A stretch of 57,978 nucleotides of DNA from a virus (IMGVR_UViG_3300025832_000009:1-57978); one strand, 5' to 3'. Counted from the stretch's first letter, positions 1 through 7,881 are shown. A program made the numbers and translations. The notes: generated by a model from the letters alone, not told the origin.

Positions 1-194
1 TTCTGCACTAAATTACTCGATAGTATCTGTACGTTTTCAACAAGACCTTGAGCATTTACTCTTGTAGCTGCTGAATTTCTGCTAAAATCAAAATCACCAT
101 AAGGTGGTTCACTCGGCTTTGCGCACAATACCTTACCGTTGTCATAAGCGGTTGGTGTTAATACTATCGATGCTTGATCTAAAAGGTTAGCCAT
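1..194 (-). CDS. Head-spike fibre protein, N-terminal fragment (runs off window start)
   Basis: ATG at 194; MANLLDQASIVLTPTAYDNGKVLCAKPSEPPYGDFDFSRNSAATRVNAQGLVENV... open to base 1; DFxFxRxSxATxVxAQGL matches the repeat start near 57300. Confidence 0.8.
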   Translation of the reverse strand, partial: MANLLDQASIVLTPTAYDNGKVLCAKPSEPPYGDFDFSRNSAATRVNAQGLVENVQILSSNLVQ

Positions 195-210
195 GTTTTA
201 TTGTGTTTTA

Positions 211-384
211 TTATGGAGTATATGGTATTGCCTCTATCTCTGCTAAAATAGCGGTAGTGCATGTTTTATTTTCACAGTATGTAGCTCTGGCACATAGGTC
301 ATCTATTAGCCCTGGGATTATACTAGAGACACCCCTTTGACTGGTAAACAATATACCGTTACCTATACCTATTGCAAGACCCAT
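211..384 (-). CDS. Small spike-associated protein (57 aa, MGLAIGIGNG...)
   Basis: Manually translated ORF not in the track; Gly-rich hydrophobic N-terminus; lies between spike base and fibre genes. Confidence 0.6.
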   Translation of the reverse strand: MGLAIGIGNGILFTSQRGVSSIIPGLIDDLCARATYCENKTCTTAILAEIEAIPYTP

Positions 385-404
385 ACGTGTTTTTTAATTT
401 GTTA

Positions 405-668
405 TTACCAAAGAGCTAATACAGAAGCAGCGGTTGTACCCGTTGCGAAAACTCTTACTACCTGTACAGGTAAAAATCCTCCCGTTGGGAAGCCCACAAA
501 GGTAACCTCGTCACCACCTGCTGTTAACACCTTTAAGTCACCACCTGATCCTACGTATAGTACGCATCCGTTGTTTCTTGTAGTAGATGAGGATATATTA
601 GGAATGTCTACTGTGTCACTAGGAGTGACCGCAGCAGCTCTACTTGTTTGTAATTTTTGATATGCCAT
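405..668 (-). CDS. Head-spike base protein (RcGTA Rcc01079-like)
   Basis: AVTPSDTVD, LYVGSGGDL, GDEVTF and FLPVQVVRVFATGTTA motifs as recalled for this family. Confidence 0.75.
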   Translation of the reverse strand: MAYQKLQTSRAAAVTPSDTVDIPNISSSTTRNNGCVLYVGSGGDLKVLTAGGDEVTFVGFPTGGFLPVQVVRVFATGTTAASVLALW

Positions 669-674
669 GTTTTA

Positions 675-866
675 TTATTTTTTATATGGAAACTTTCTGT
701 TTAAGGTATCTCTCCTTTCAGAACACCCACAAGGACGCCCTGTTGCTTTAGCTACAGTTTCAACTGCTTTTTTTATGCCTGTGGCAGTTGTAAATTTTTC
801 TATGCTATCACCTAGTCCTCTTGATTTAGGTGGTGTTTTTGAATATTTTAATGCTTGCTCTTTCAT
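675..866 (-). CDS. Small basic protein with CGC motif
   Basis: SRGLGDSIEKFTTATGIKKAV...PCGCSERRDTLN; type seen often in marine phages. Confidence 0.65.
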   Translation of the reverse strand: MKEQALKYSKTPPKSRGLGDSIEKFTTATGIKKAVETVAKATGRPCGCSERRDTLNRKFPYKK

Positions 867-928
867 GTTTTTTCAATAAAATTACCACAGACACATTGGC
901 CTACTTGCGTACATTCACACTTTTTCAT
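863..928 (-). CDS. Cys-rich 21-aa peptide MKKCECTQVGQCVCGNFIEKT
   Basis: ATG 20 nt downstream of a TATATTTG box (949-956); stop overlaps next start (ATGA). Confidence 0.45.
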   Translation of the reverse strand: MKKCECTQVGQCVCGNFIEKT

Positions 929-948
929 CACTTTGATTTTTAATTATA

Positions 949-956
949 CAAATATA
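949..956 (-). promoter_or_regulatory. Bacteroidota -7 promoter element TATATTTG
   Basis: Matches TAnnTTTG; intergenic. Confidence 0.65.
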
Positions 957-958
957 CT

Positions 959-1213
959 TTATTTTTTAGATTTTGCTCCTGAGCATTTCCATCTCTTACG
1001 TGACAAGTTGTTCGGAGTGTTAGGATCGTTTCTTTTTTTAGCAGAAAGTCTTTTCTTAATACCTAGGCTTCTAGCACAGTAGCTATCACCCTTAGATGTC
1101 CCTGGTCTTACCCTTGGTCCACCACCTTTGGCTTTACCTGCCTGTCCATAGCTTACCTTCTTACCTGATGAGGTAATTTTTACTTTCGCTTTCCCCTTCC
1201 TTGGTGTCGCCAT
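959..1213 (-). CDS. Small highly basic protein
   Basis: K/R/G-rich; KKVSYGQAG...GDSYCARS...LSRKRWKC. Confidence 0.7.
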   Translation of the reverse strand: MATPRKGKAKVKITSSGKKVSYGQAGKAKGGGPRVRPGTSKGDSYCARSLGIKKRLSAKKRNDPNTPNNLSRKRWKCSGAKSKK

Positions 1214-1215
1214 TG

Positions 1216-1497
1216 TTAACTACCTTTTTTTTTAGTTGAATTTTGTCCTTCCCATCTGCCCATTTTTTCATATTCAGTTTCACCCTGATATTTTAATCGC
1301 ATAGCAGAAGGTTTCCATCCTTTTTGTCCTCTTGCAAATCCAGTTCTATATTGTATAGAATCTCTTTGAGTAGCAGGAGTTGAACTATTAACCATATTCA
1401 ATCTATTAGTATTATTGTTAGCTTGTTTAAATAAGGTGAATTTTATTCCTGATTTACAATCTTTTAAAGCTTGTCCTTTTAATCCTTCACAACTCAT
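1216..1497 (-). CDS. Hypothetical basic protein (start probably MSCEGLKG)
   Basis: ORF track 1216-1518; ATG at 1497 directly follows the upstream stop at 1500. Confidence 0.55.
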   Translation of the reverse strand: MSCEGLKGQALKDCKSGIKFTLFKQANNNTNRLNMVNSSTPATQRDSIQYRTGFARGQKGWKPSAMRLKYQGETEYEKMGRWEGQNSTKKKGS

Positions 1498-1499
1498 AA

Positions 1500-1628
1500 C
1501 TATTTTTTTTTGTCGCATTTAGCATACGAACTATTATTAATTTGTTTATTTGAAGGCAATCCGTTTTTCTCAGGATTAACCCCACTTTTTTGTGCTGCCG
1601 TAAAATACGGTTTTAGTGATCTTGCCAT
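1500..1628 (-). CDS. Small basic protein (42 aa, MARSLKPYF...)
   Basis: Manual ORF that exactly fills the gap; translationally coupled (TAATG). Confidence 0.5.
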   Translation of the reverse strand: MARSLKPYFTAAQKSGVNPEKNGLPSNKQINNSSYAKCDKKK

Positions 1629-1876
1629 TACTTAGTGTATTTTTTGGTTACTTTCGCTTTTTTTGTATTTGACACAAACTGCTTCTTGCCGCCTGATGCC
1701 TTCTTTTTTCTTGCTGTCTTAGCCCTTTCTGCCTTACTTAAACTTTTAGCCTTAGCCAAAGGTAGACACCTGTCTGGGTTCTTTTTGTTCTTGCTAGTAC
1801 CGCATGCACCCTTTATAGAACCATCTGTTCCTATACGTACCCACTTCTCGTTTCTCCACTTAGCAAGCTCACCCAT
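1628..1876 (-). CDS. Small basic protein (ELAKWRNEKW...CLP family, possibly DUF5872-related)
   Basis: K-rich; W-x4-W, CG and CLP motifs. Confidence 0.65.
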   Translation of the reverse strand: MGELAKWRNEKWVRIGTDGSIKGACGTSKNKKNPDRCLPLAKAKSLSKAERAKTARKKKASGGKKQFVSNTKKAKVTKKYTK

Positions 1877-1962
1877 TACTTTTTCTTGTAATTTCTAAAT
1901 GTTAATTTATACATTAACCTATTCCATTGGTGTTGTAACTTGTCAATAAATTTTTCTATCAT
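1876..1962 (-). CDS. 28-aa peptide MIEKFIDKLQHQWNRLMYKLTFRNYKKK
   Basis: Manual ORF coupled on both sides by TAATG overlaps. Confidence 0.5.
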   Translation of the reverse strand: MIEKFIDKLQHQWNRLMYKLTFRNYKKK

Positions 1963-2120
1963 TATTTTTTCTTTTTTCCCTTACCGTAGTTAGGGTCTTT
2001 ACAATATTTACTTGCAGCCATATTAGCATAAGCAGATGGATATTTATCAAAGGTTCTTTTTGCCCATGAAATTCCAGCTGCGCAAATTTTATTTCCTTTT
2101 GTTCTACCTTTCTTTGCCAT
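1962..2120 (-). CDS. Small basic protein with KYPSAYAN motif (52 aa)
   Basis: Manual translation MAKKGRTKGNKICAAGISWAKRTFDKYPSAYANMAASKYCKDPNYGKGKKKK; missed by the ORF track. Confidence 0.7.
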   Translation of the reverse strand: MAKKGRTKGNKICAAGISWAKRTFDKYPSAYANMAASKYCKDPNYGKGKKKK

Positions 2121-2121
2121 A

Positions 2122-2433
2122 CTATTTGCCTCCTTTATTTCCTTTGTTTTTTCGGCCTTTTCCTTTCTTTCCCCTTGCTCTTTTGTCCCCTGGTGTGTTT
2201 GTTTTACTAGCTCTGTTTTTAGATTGAGCTTCTAAAACAATTCTTCCACCTTTATGAGATACATCTTTCTTATCTCCGTTGCCGTATGTACCAAGTTCTC
2301 GATTTTCTCTATTATTTCTAACCCTTCTTGCTATCTGAGCTTTACGAGCATTGTATCTTTTCTGATACGCTAGTCTTTTCTTACGAGCCTCTGGGTTATC
2401 CCTATAATATTTTGCTGTTCTACCTAATGCCAT
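2122..2433 (-). CDS. Basic protein, possibly degenerate HNH-like (DVSH...SKNRA)
   Basis: R/K-rich; KDVSHK and NRA motifs. Confidence 0.6.
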   Translation of the reverse strand: MALGRTAKYYRDNPEARKKRLAYQKRYNARKAQIARRVRNNRENRELGTYGNGDKKDVSHKGGRIVLEAQSKNRASKTNTPGDKRARGKKGKGRKNKGNKGGK

Positions 2434-2442
2434 ATAAAAAAC

Positions 2443-2461
2443 TTATCTTTAGCAAAGATAA
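2443..2461. promoter_or_regulatory. Palindromic pair of overlapping opposite-strand -7 boxes TTATCTTT-AGC-AAAGATAA
   Basis: TATCTTTG on minus strand and TATCTTTA on plus strand, between divergent genes starting at 2433 and 2476. Confidence 0.65.
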
Positions 2462-2475
2462 AAAAATTTAATTCA

Positions 2476-2943
2476 ATGAAATTCAAGACTAGATTTCGTA
2501 AAAATTACGATAGAAGAGAACCTAATGCAGACTACTTAAAGTACTGGAAGGTTGTAAAACAATGGGCTAGAGCTAGATACGATCTAGGAACTGCCGATAT
2601 TGAAATGATGCTGTTTCTTTACAGTGAAGGACTGTTCACCAAGTTTCAGTTTGAAGAATTTAATGAGATTATGTCCTGGGATAAGAACAGGTTTCATAAA
2701 ATGTTGAAAGATGAGTGGATAATTAAATGGCGTGAACGTAAAGGAAGAGAATCTACCCTATACGAACTTGGATTTAAAGGTAAGCGCGTATGCGCTTCAA
2801 TTTATAAAAAGCTAAACAAGGAAGAAACCATCTCCGAAGACCGAAGACGGAATCCCATGTTTAATAAATCTACCGAATACAGTAATAAAGTGTACCGTAA
2901 AATGATAAAAAAAATGAATCAAGAGGTAAAAGGTAATTTATAG
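2476..2943 (+). CDS. Putative winged-helix DNA-binding regulator
   Basis: DLGTADIEMMLFLY...KMLKDEWI...LYELGFKGKR resembles MarR-type wHTH; only plus-strand gene in this block. Confidence 0.55.
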   Translation: MKFKTRFRKNYDRREPNADYLKYWKVVKQWARARYDLGTADIEMMLFLYSEGLFTKFQFEEFNEIMSWDKNRFHKMLKDEWIIKWRERKGRESTLYELGFKGKRVCASIYKKLNKEETISEDRRRNPMFNKSTEYSNKVYRKMIKKMNQEVKGNL

Positions 2944-3195
2944 CACCACAACTATGTCGTGTTCCGATATGATGCTGACCATGTTCTCATTTAATATCAT
3001 GGAGTGTCCTGCACGCTTATCATAGTAAATATTATCACCTGCCTTAACTGTATCCACATCTGTTCCAGGGATAACTACTAACCCTTTCTTATACCTAAAT
3101 TGGTCGCTGTCATCTGACGTCAAAAGGATTCCAGAGTTAGTTGTTATCTGTTCTTTTATTTCTTCAATTACTATATGTTTCCCGATTGCTTTCAT
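2938..3195 (-). CDS. groES: Co-chaperonin GroES
   Basis: MKAIGKHIVI, mobile loop TTNSGILL, KGLVV..G..VKAGD, ISEHDIV; next to groEL. Confidence 0.85.
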   Translation of the reverse strand: MKAIGKHIVIEEIKEQITTNSGILLTSDDSDQFRYKKGLVVIPGTDVDTVKAGDNIYYDKRAGHSMILNENMVSIISEHDIVVVL

Positions 3196-3336
3196 CTATT
3201 TTAATTTTTCCATTAAAAGTTTTTTCAGATTCACATAAACTGAATTTGCAGATTGAACAGAGATATCTCCATTTTTGAATAATTTTCCTGCAAATTGGTC
3301 TGCTAATTTATCAGCTTTTCTTTCTATTGTTTCCAT
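3196..3336 (-). CDS. 46-aa hypothetical between groEL and groES
   Basis: Manual ORF METIERKADKLADQFAGKLF...; fills the gap exactly. Confidence 0.55.
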   Translation of the reverse strand: METIERKADKLADQFAGKLFKNGDISVQSANSVYVNLKKLLMEKLK

Positions 3337-3339
3337 TTG

Positions 3340-4911
3340 TTATTTTCTTTTCATTGTTACTATTGCGTTTGTACTTAGTATTGTTGTGGCTACACTCACT
3401 GCATTCTTCAGCGCGTTCTTAGTAACCTTCGCAGGATCTATAACACCCATCTTATACATGTCCCCATATACCTTATTCTTCACATCGTACCCGTAATTCT
3501 TAGGTACATCTGCGCATGAGCATACTTTATCTCTTATTTCTTTAACATCTTCACCTGCATTTGTAAGAATCTGCTCAATTGGAGCTATAAGCGCCCCATA
3601 TAACACATCACTCGCGTGTCCGTCACCCAAATCTTCCGCACATCTAAGCAGTGCTATACCACCTCCTGGTAATATCCCCTCCTCAATAGCAGAACGTACC
3701 GCACACACAGCGTCTTCTACCCTGTCATACTTCTCTTTCTGCTGAATATCAGAGTTCGCACCAACATATATCACCCCAACCTTACCAGTTAGCAGCGAAA
3801 TACGCTCATCTATGAAATCTCTATCATTTTTATTGGTATTATGCTCCTTCTGAACCTTCAACTCCTCTATCCTAGTCTGAATGTCCTCAGTTCTCTCACC
3901 CTCTTTGATGATAATAGTCTCGTTTTTCCCAACCACAATCTTATCCGCATGGCCTAAGTCCTCCATAGACAACATCCCAATGTTATCCCCTTGTGACTCA
4001 CTGAAGTATTTCGCACCTACAGCCAGTGCAATATCACTCATAAGCTCATTGGTCTTATATCCAAACGATGGTGGTATAATATTACAAAGCTTCAAGTTAT
4101 TCTGCATTACATTCGCAGCCAAAGTATTAGTCACGTTTGATGCGCAATTCCCAATAATTAAAAGCTTCTTGTTCTGGTTTATAATAGGCTTCAGTACACC
4201 CTCAATCTGTAATATGTTCGTTATCTCCATATCAGTCATCAATATGTGAACATCATCCAAGATACACTCGTCATTACGATGATTGTTTATAAACAACTTC
4301 GATGAATACCCCCTGTCAATCTTAATACCCTTCGTAATGTCAATATACGTGTCCTCAGTCTTACTATTCTCAACAGTAAGCTTACCATCTTTACCCAAAT
4401 CACCATAAGCATCGGCAATCATCTTACCCAAATCCTTATCATTGTTCGTAGATATAGTAGCAACATCACGCAAAGTATTCCCAGACACCTTCTTAGAAGA
4501 CTTGTCCAAGCTCTTAATAACATCCTCTGAAATTTTACTGATGTCACGAGCAAGTTGACTCGTATTTATATTCGGCTCACGATCTATCAGTCGCATACCC
4601 TCCCTTATAATAGCCTCAGTTAAAACTATCGCTGTTGTCGTTCCATCACCAGCTGAAGTAGCAGTCCTATCAGAAGCCTCCTTCATCATCTTTACCGCTA
4701 AATTCTCTACAGGATCTTCGAACTCTATCTCCTTGGCAACAGTTACACCATCCTTGGTGATAATCATTCCCCTAGTGTGATTCATAGACTCCATCATCAC
4801 AGTATTACCTAATGGCCCTAATGTGCTTTTTACAGTCTTGGACATCTTAGTAATGCCCTCTAATAATTTTTCTCTCCCCTGCTTGTCAAAATGTAATTCC
4901 TTTGGATTCAT
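3340..4911 (-). CDS. groEL: Chaperonin GroEL (phage-encoded, no GGM tail)
   Basis: STLGP, ITKDGVTVAKEI, AGDGTTTA, GGGIAL and GVIDPAKVT motifs. Confidence 0.97.
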   Translation of the reverse strand: MNPKELHFDKQGREKLLEGITKMSKTVKSTLGPLGNTVMMESMNHTRGMIITKDGVTVAKEIEFEDPVENLAVKMMKEASDRTATSAGDGTTTAIVLTEAIIREGMRLIDREPNINTSQLARDISKISEDVIKSLDKSSKKVSGNTLRDVATISTNNDKDLGKMIADAYGDLGKDGKLTVENSKTEDTYIDITKGIKIDRGYSSKLFINNHRNDECILDDVHILMTDMEITNILQIEGVLKPIINQNKKLLIIGNCASNVTNTLAANVMQNNLKLCNIIPPSFGYKTNELMSDIALAVGAKYFSESQGDNIGMLSMEDLGHADKIVVGKNETIIIKEGERTEDIQTRIEELKVQKEHNTNKNDRDFIDERISLLTGKVGVIYVGANSDIQQKEKYDRVEDAVCAVRSAIEEGILPGGGIALLRCAEDLGDGHASDVLYGALIAPIEQILTNAGEDVKEIRDKVCSCADVPKNYGYDVKNKVYGDMYKMGVIDPAKVTKNALKNAVSVATTILSTNAIVTMKRK

Positions 4912-4938
4912 ATTATAGTATTTAATTAAATTATTCTA

Positions 4939-4946
4939 CAAATATA
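4939..4946 (-). promoter_or_regulatory. -7 promoter element for groEL operon
   Basis: TATATTTG 27 nt upstream of the ATG. Confidence 0.65.
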
Positions 4947-4964
4947 AGCTTTTTTATAGAACCA

Positions 4965-5160
4965 TAAAGCATGACGACTATGCTCACTTTTCGTCTCTAT
5001 ACTCTCTATATAGTTTTTATATATATATATTTTTTATTCCCCTGTAAAAAAGGAAAAAAGAAAGCATTTATAACATATTCTTTATTCATAGTACTTAAGA
5101 AAGGAAAAGTAAGCATAAACTAAGCATAAACTAAGCATAGATTTCAAAAGTCAGCATAAA
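4965..5160. repeat. Putative replication origin: AGCATA iterons around an AT-rich core
   Basis: AAAAGTNAGCATA at 4979-4991(-), 5105-5117 and 5146-5158; TAAGCATA(AAC) x3 tandem at 5110-5139; (TA)n tract near 5018-5031. Confidence 0.55.
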
Positions 5161-5193
5161 AAAAGAGGTAAATACATAAAGTACCTACCTCTT
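5156..5193 (-). terminator. Rho-independent terminator
   Basis: AAGAGGTAGGTAC-TTTAT-GTATTTACCTCTT hairpin plus T-run after ORF 5223-5432. Confidence 0.65.
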
Positions 5194-5222
5194 GGAAAAC
5201 AAAATTAACTCTGGGAAGAAAG

Positions 5223-5432
5223 TTAACGCTTGAAAAATTTTCTCATTTCTTCTCTGCTTTCTGCTAATTCAATTCCATCAGCAATGTCTTGAACAACACT
5301 TCTCTGATTATTATCCTTACGCATTCTCGCAAATTTAGAAATACCTGTCTCATAATAGTTTCCCCTAGAAAGCATCTCGCCCCTTTTTCTACTATTCAAA
5401 TGCTCTTGCATTATTGACCCTTTACTATCCAT
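5223..5432 (-). CDS. Hypothetical protein (first gene of leftward arm)
   Basis: 69-aa ORF with TATCTTCG box at 5451-5458 and its own terminator. Confidence 0.65.
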   Translation of the reverse strand: MDSKGSIMQEHLNSRKRGEMLSRGNYYETGISKFARMRKDNNQRSVVQDIADGIELAESREEMRKFFKR

Positions 5433-5999
5433 AACTTTAAATTTAGATTACGAAGATACGAAAAAAAAATCATCAGATACTTAGAGGGTTCGGGTAATAA
5501 TATAATATACGCGCGCTGACTCCAATCTGAAGTCGTTTTAAAAATCGCTAGGGGGGTACAATATTTTTGCGTTTTTGTTGAATTTTTTTAGCTTTTTGTA
5601 GGGGCTACATGTACCCGTTTGTAAACGTTTGTAGTCGTTTGTTGTCGCTTAAAATCCAATGGCCTGGTAAATTACCTTTTTATTTTCTTTGTCTCTTGTC
5701 ATGAGCGAAGAGATAAAACAAGCCTTAAAAAATCCTTATAATTAACATTTTTAATACTTATAACTTTAAACAAATAACCCTAAAAACAAGTAAAAAACAA
5801 ATGTGATCCAATTTTAACGCAAAAAAAACTTTGCTTTTAAACTATTGATATTCAGTAACTTATAAATTATTTTCATTTTATTTTAAAAATAACTTGCATT
5901 TTGTTTTTTATATCCAATAATCCTTTTTACTTTTACACCTCAGTTGTGCAATAGTGTACAACATTAACCGCCTTATATATAGGCACAAATTTATTTATC

Positions 6000-6437
6000 A
6001 TGACTACATTAAAAACGAATTCAGTACAAAAAACAGTTTCAACAGTTAACAAAGTAGCTACAAAAAAAGCTACTGAAAGAGTAACACCAAAGAAAAAAGC
6101 GGTAAAAAGTGAGGCTACACTATTAAAACAATCTGCCAACGATAATTGGAAAAACAATACACGCTCCATGAGTGCATTAGTGAGATATTGCAAAGGGGAC
6201 GGCAAACAAGATTTGCAAAAATTAATCGATGCAACAAACAAACGCAATAATACAAAGATACAATTTGGTCAAGTGGCAAATATTAAAACGATTGTAGACA
6301 ATGCAACTGAGCGCGAGTTATTCAAAAACGCAAACCCCGACAAAAGCAAGGGAGCAAAATTTATTAAGGGAGATAAAAAATCTTTATTTTCATTTTGGCT
6401 TGTTGTTCTTACAGTCGGACGTCTTGCAAAAAAATAA
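6000..6437 (+). CDS. First early gene, K/T-rich basic protein
   Basis: 145 aa; TACTTTTA box at 5928-5935; followed by a hairpin. Confidence 0.7.
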   Translation: MTTLKTNSVQKTVSTVNKVATKKATERVTPKKKAVKSEATLLKQSANDNWKNNTRSMSALVRYCKGDGKQDLQKLIDATNKRNNTKIQFGQVANIKTIVDNATERELFKNANPDKSKGAKFIKGDKKSLFSFWLVVLTVGRLAKK

Positions 6438-6450
6438 TAATACACCACCA

Positions 6451-6478
6451 ATATAGGGGGCTTCGACGCCCCTTATAT
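6451..6478 (+). terminator. GC-rich hairpin (terminator or processing site)
   Basis: ATATAGGGGGC-TTCGAC-GCCCCTTATAT. Confidence 0.55.
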
Positions 6479-6599
6479 AACTAAAATTACTCTTTGTTGT
6501 GAGCTTTATGCCACATTAACACATATTTTTATAGGTAAGCAAGACAATCGCTACGTATAAAAGTGCAAGGAAACGCTCATTGAAATATTGAATTAATAG

Positions 6600-7045
6600 T
6601 AACCTCTACAGGGGCTGAAAGTGTATGACTACGTACTACCATCTTTGGTATTTCATGCCGTTCCACTAGGTAAGTAAATACGCTACCACATTAGCAGAGA
6701 ACGAACAAACAAACAGCAAGACTTAAGAGCATCTATAATTCAAAATGAAACCACTATAAATAAAAAATCAATAGACGAGGTACGTGCCAGCAACACGTGT
6801 GTCCCTTGACAAGTGGGTTTATTAGTGTAGAGATTGGGTATCAAGGTACAAGCTACACATACTATGGGTAAGGCCTGGCGAGAGGGAGATTTATATATTT
6901 TGCAACTCCGCGCGGGAAACCAATAGTATACTGAAAAGAAAATATATAACGATAGAAAAGACGAGAGCGAAACCACAAGAGTGGTGGATAGAATACATAA
7001 AAGTAAAACTAACGGCATGAGGAGTGATCTTTGTGCCGTATCTAT
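6600..7045 (+). ncRNA. Candidate large structured non-coding RNA
   Basis: About 640 bp without a credible sense ORF; several stems, a perfect 10-bp long-range pair and a terminal GNRA hairpin. Confidence 0.35.
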
Positions 7046-7079
7046 TTAAAACAAATATTAATTAAAAACAATTAAACAA

Positions 7080-7310
7080 ATGGGAAAACGAAAAAGAATA
7101 GTACGCATACAAGTGGGAGAACTCAATGCGTTAATTGAACAACAGAAGAACAAGTTTGAAAGATCAAAGAGTATGTATGCAGAGGTCGTGCAAGACATCA
7201 TGAAAGAAAATGATTGCTCCTGGACCGAGGCTAAACAGATATACAAGTTCAAGAAAGTAAGCCAAGGCATCAAGAGAGAGATAGATTTATTAAATTGTTC
7301 ACACCCATAG
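7080..7310 (+). CDS. Early hypothetical protein
   Basis: ORF with A-rich leader. Confidence 0.65.
   Translation: MGKRKRIVRIQVGELNALIEQQKNKFERSKSMYAEVVQDIMKENDCSWTEAKQIYKFKKVSQGIKREIDLLNCSHP
7294..7309 (+). repeat. Dispersed motif ATTGTTCACACCCATA, copy 1
   Basis: Identical 16-mers at 9367 and 11731. Confidence 0.85.
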
Positions 7311-7377
7311 ATATGAAAGAATTAGAAATAGTAATAGCAAAAGTAAAATCATTATCAAACATTTTAAACATAGAGAT

Positions 7378-7548
7378 ATGGAACATAGAATTGTAAACGG
7401 ACTACATATAGTAGATAGAGATGGACACATAAGTGTGTACACAGAACAAGAGTACAGAGACCTAGAGATACAAAACTCATGGTGGAATAGAGTAAAGGAA
7501 ACACTAACTAGTTTAGGTGCAGGTGCATCGTGGGCAATTAAACATTAA
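7378..7548 (+). CDS. Early hypothetical protein (56 aa)
   Basis: Manual ORF MEHRIVNGLHIVDRDG... Confidence 0.55.
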   Translation: MEHRIVNGLHIVDRDGHISVYTEQEYRDLEIQNSWWNRVKETLTSLGAGASWAIKH

Positions 7549-7552
7549 ACAG

Positions 7553-7726
7553 ATGAAAACAACAAACGTATTGTACGCAACACTAGTAATACTATTAAGT
7601 ATATGGTGCTTCTTAATATGGGAGGGTACACCTAGATTTACGATAGAGCAGATAATATATGTCCAGGCACTATGCCTAGCAAATATATTCGCATTAATAA
7701 TAACACTTAAAAGAGAGCAGGCATGA
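7553..7726 (+). CDS. Small two-TM membrane protein
   Basis: Two hydrophobic stretches; start revised to MKTTNVLY. Confidence 0.6.
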   Translation: MKTTNVLYATLVILLSIWCFLIWEGTPRFTIEQIIYVQALCLANIFALIITLKREQA

Positions 7727-7881
7727 CAAAAGAGTTTGAAGACTGGCTTGTAAGCGACAATGTTTGTCGAGTTAGAGATAGCTCAGGCAAGTATTACGCA
7801 TCACAAGACGCACTATATCGCAATAGGTTGTACACAAAAGAGCAGGCATGGGAGTACTACAAAAAAGAATTTATTAACTAA
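7723..7881 (+). CDS. Early hypothetical protein (52 aa)
   Basis: Manual ORF MTKEFEDWLVSDNV..., ATGA-coupled to the previous gene. Confidence 0.6.
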   Translation: MTKEFEDWLVSDNVCRVRDSSGKYYASQDALYRNRLYTKEQAWEYYKKEFIN

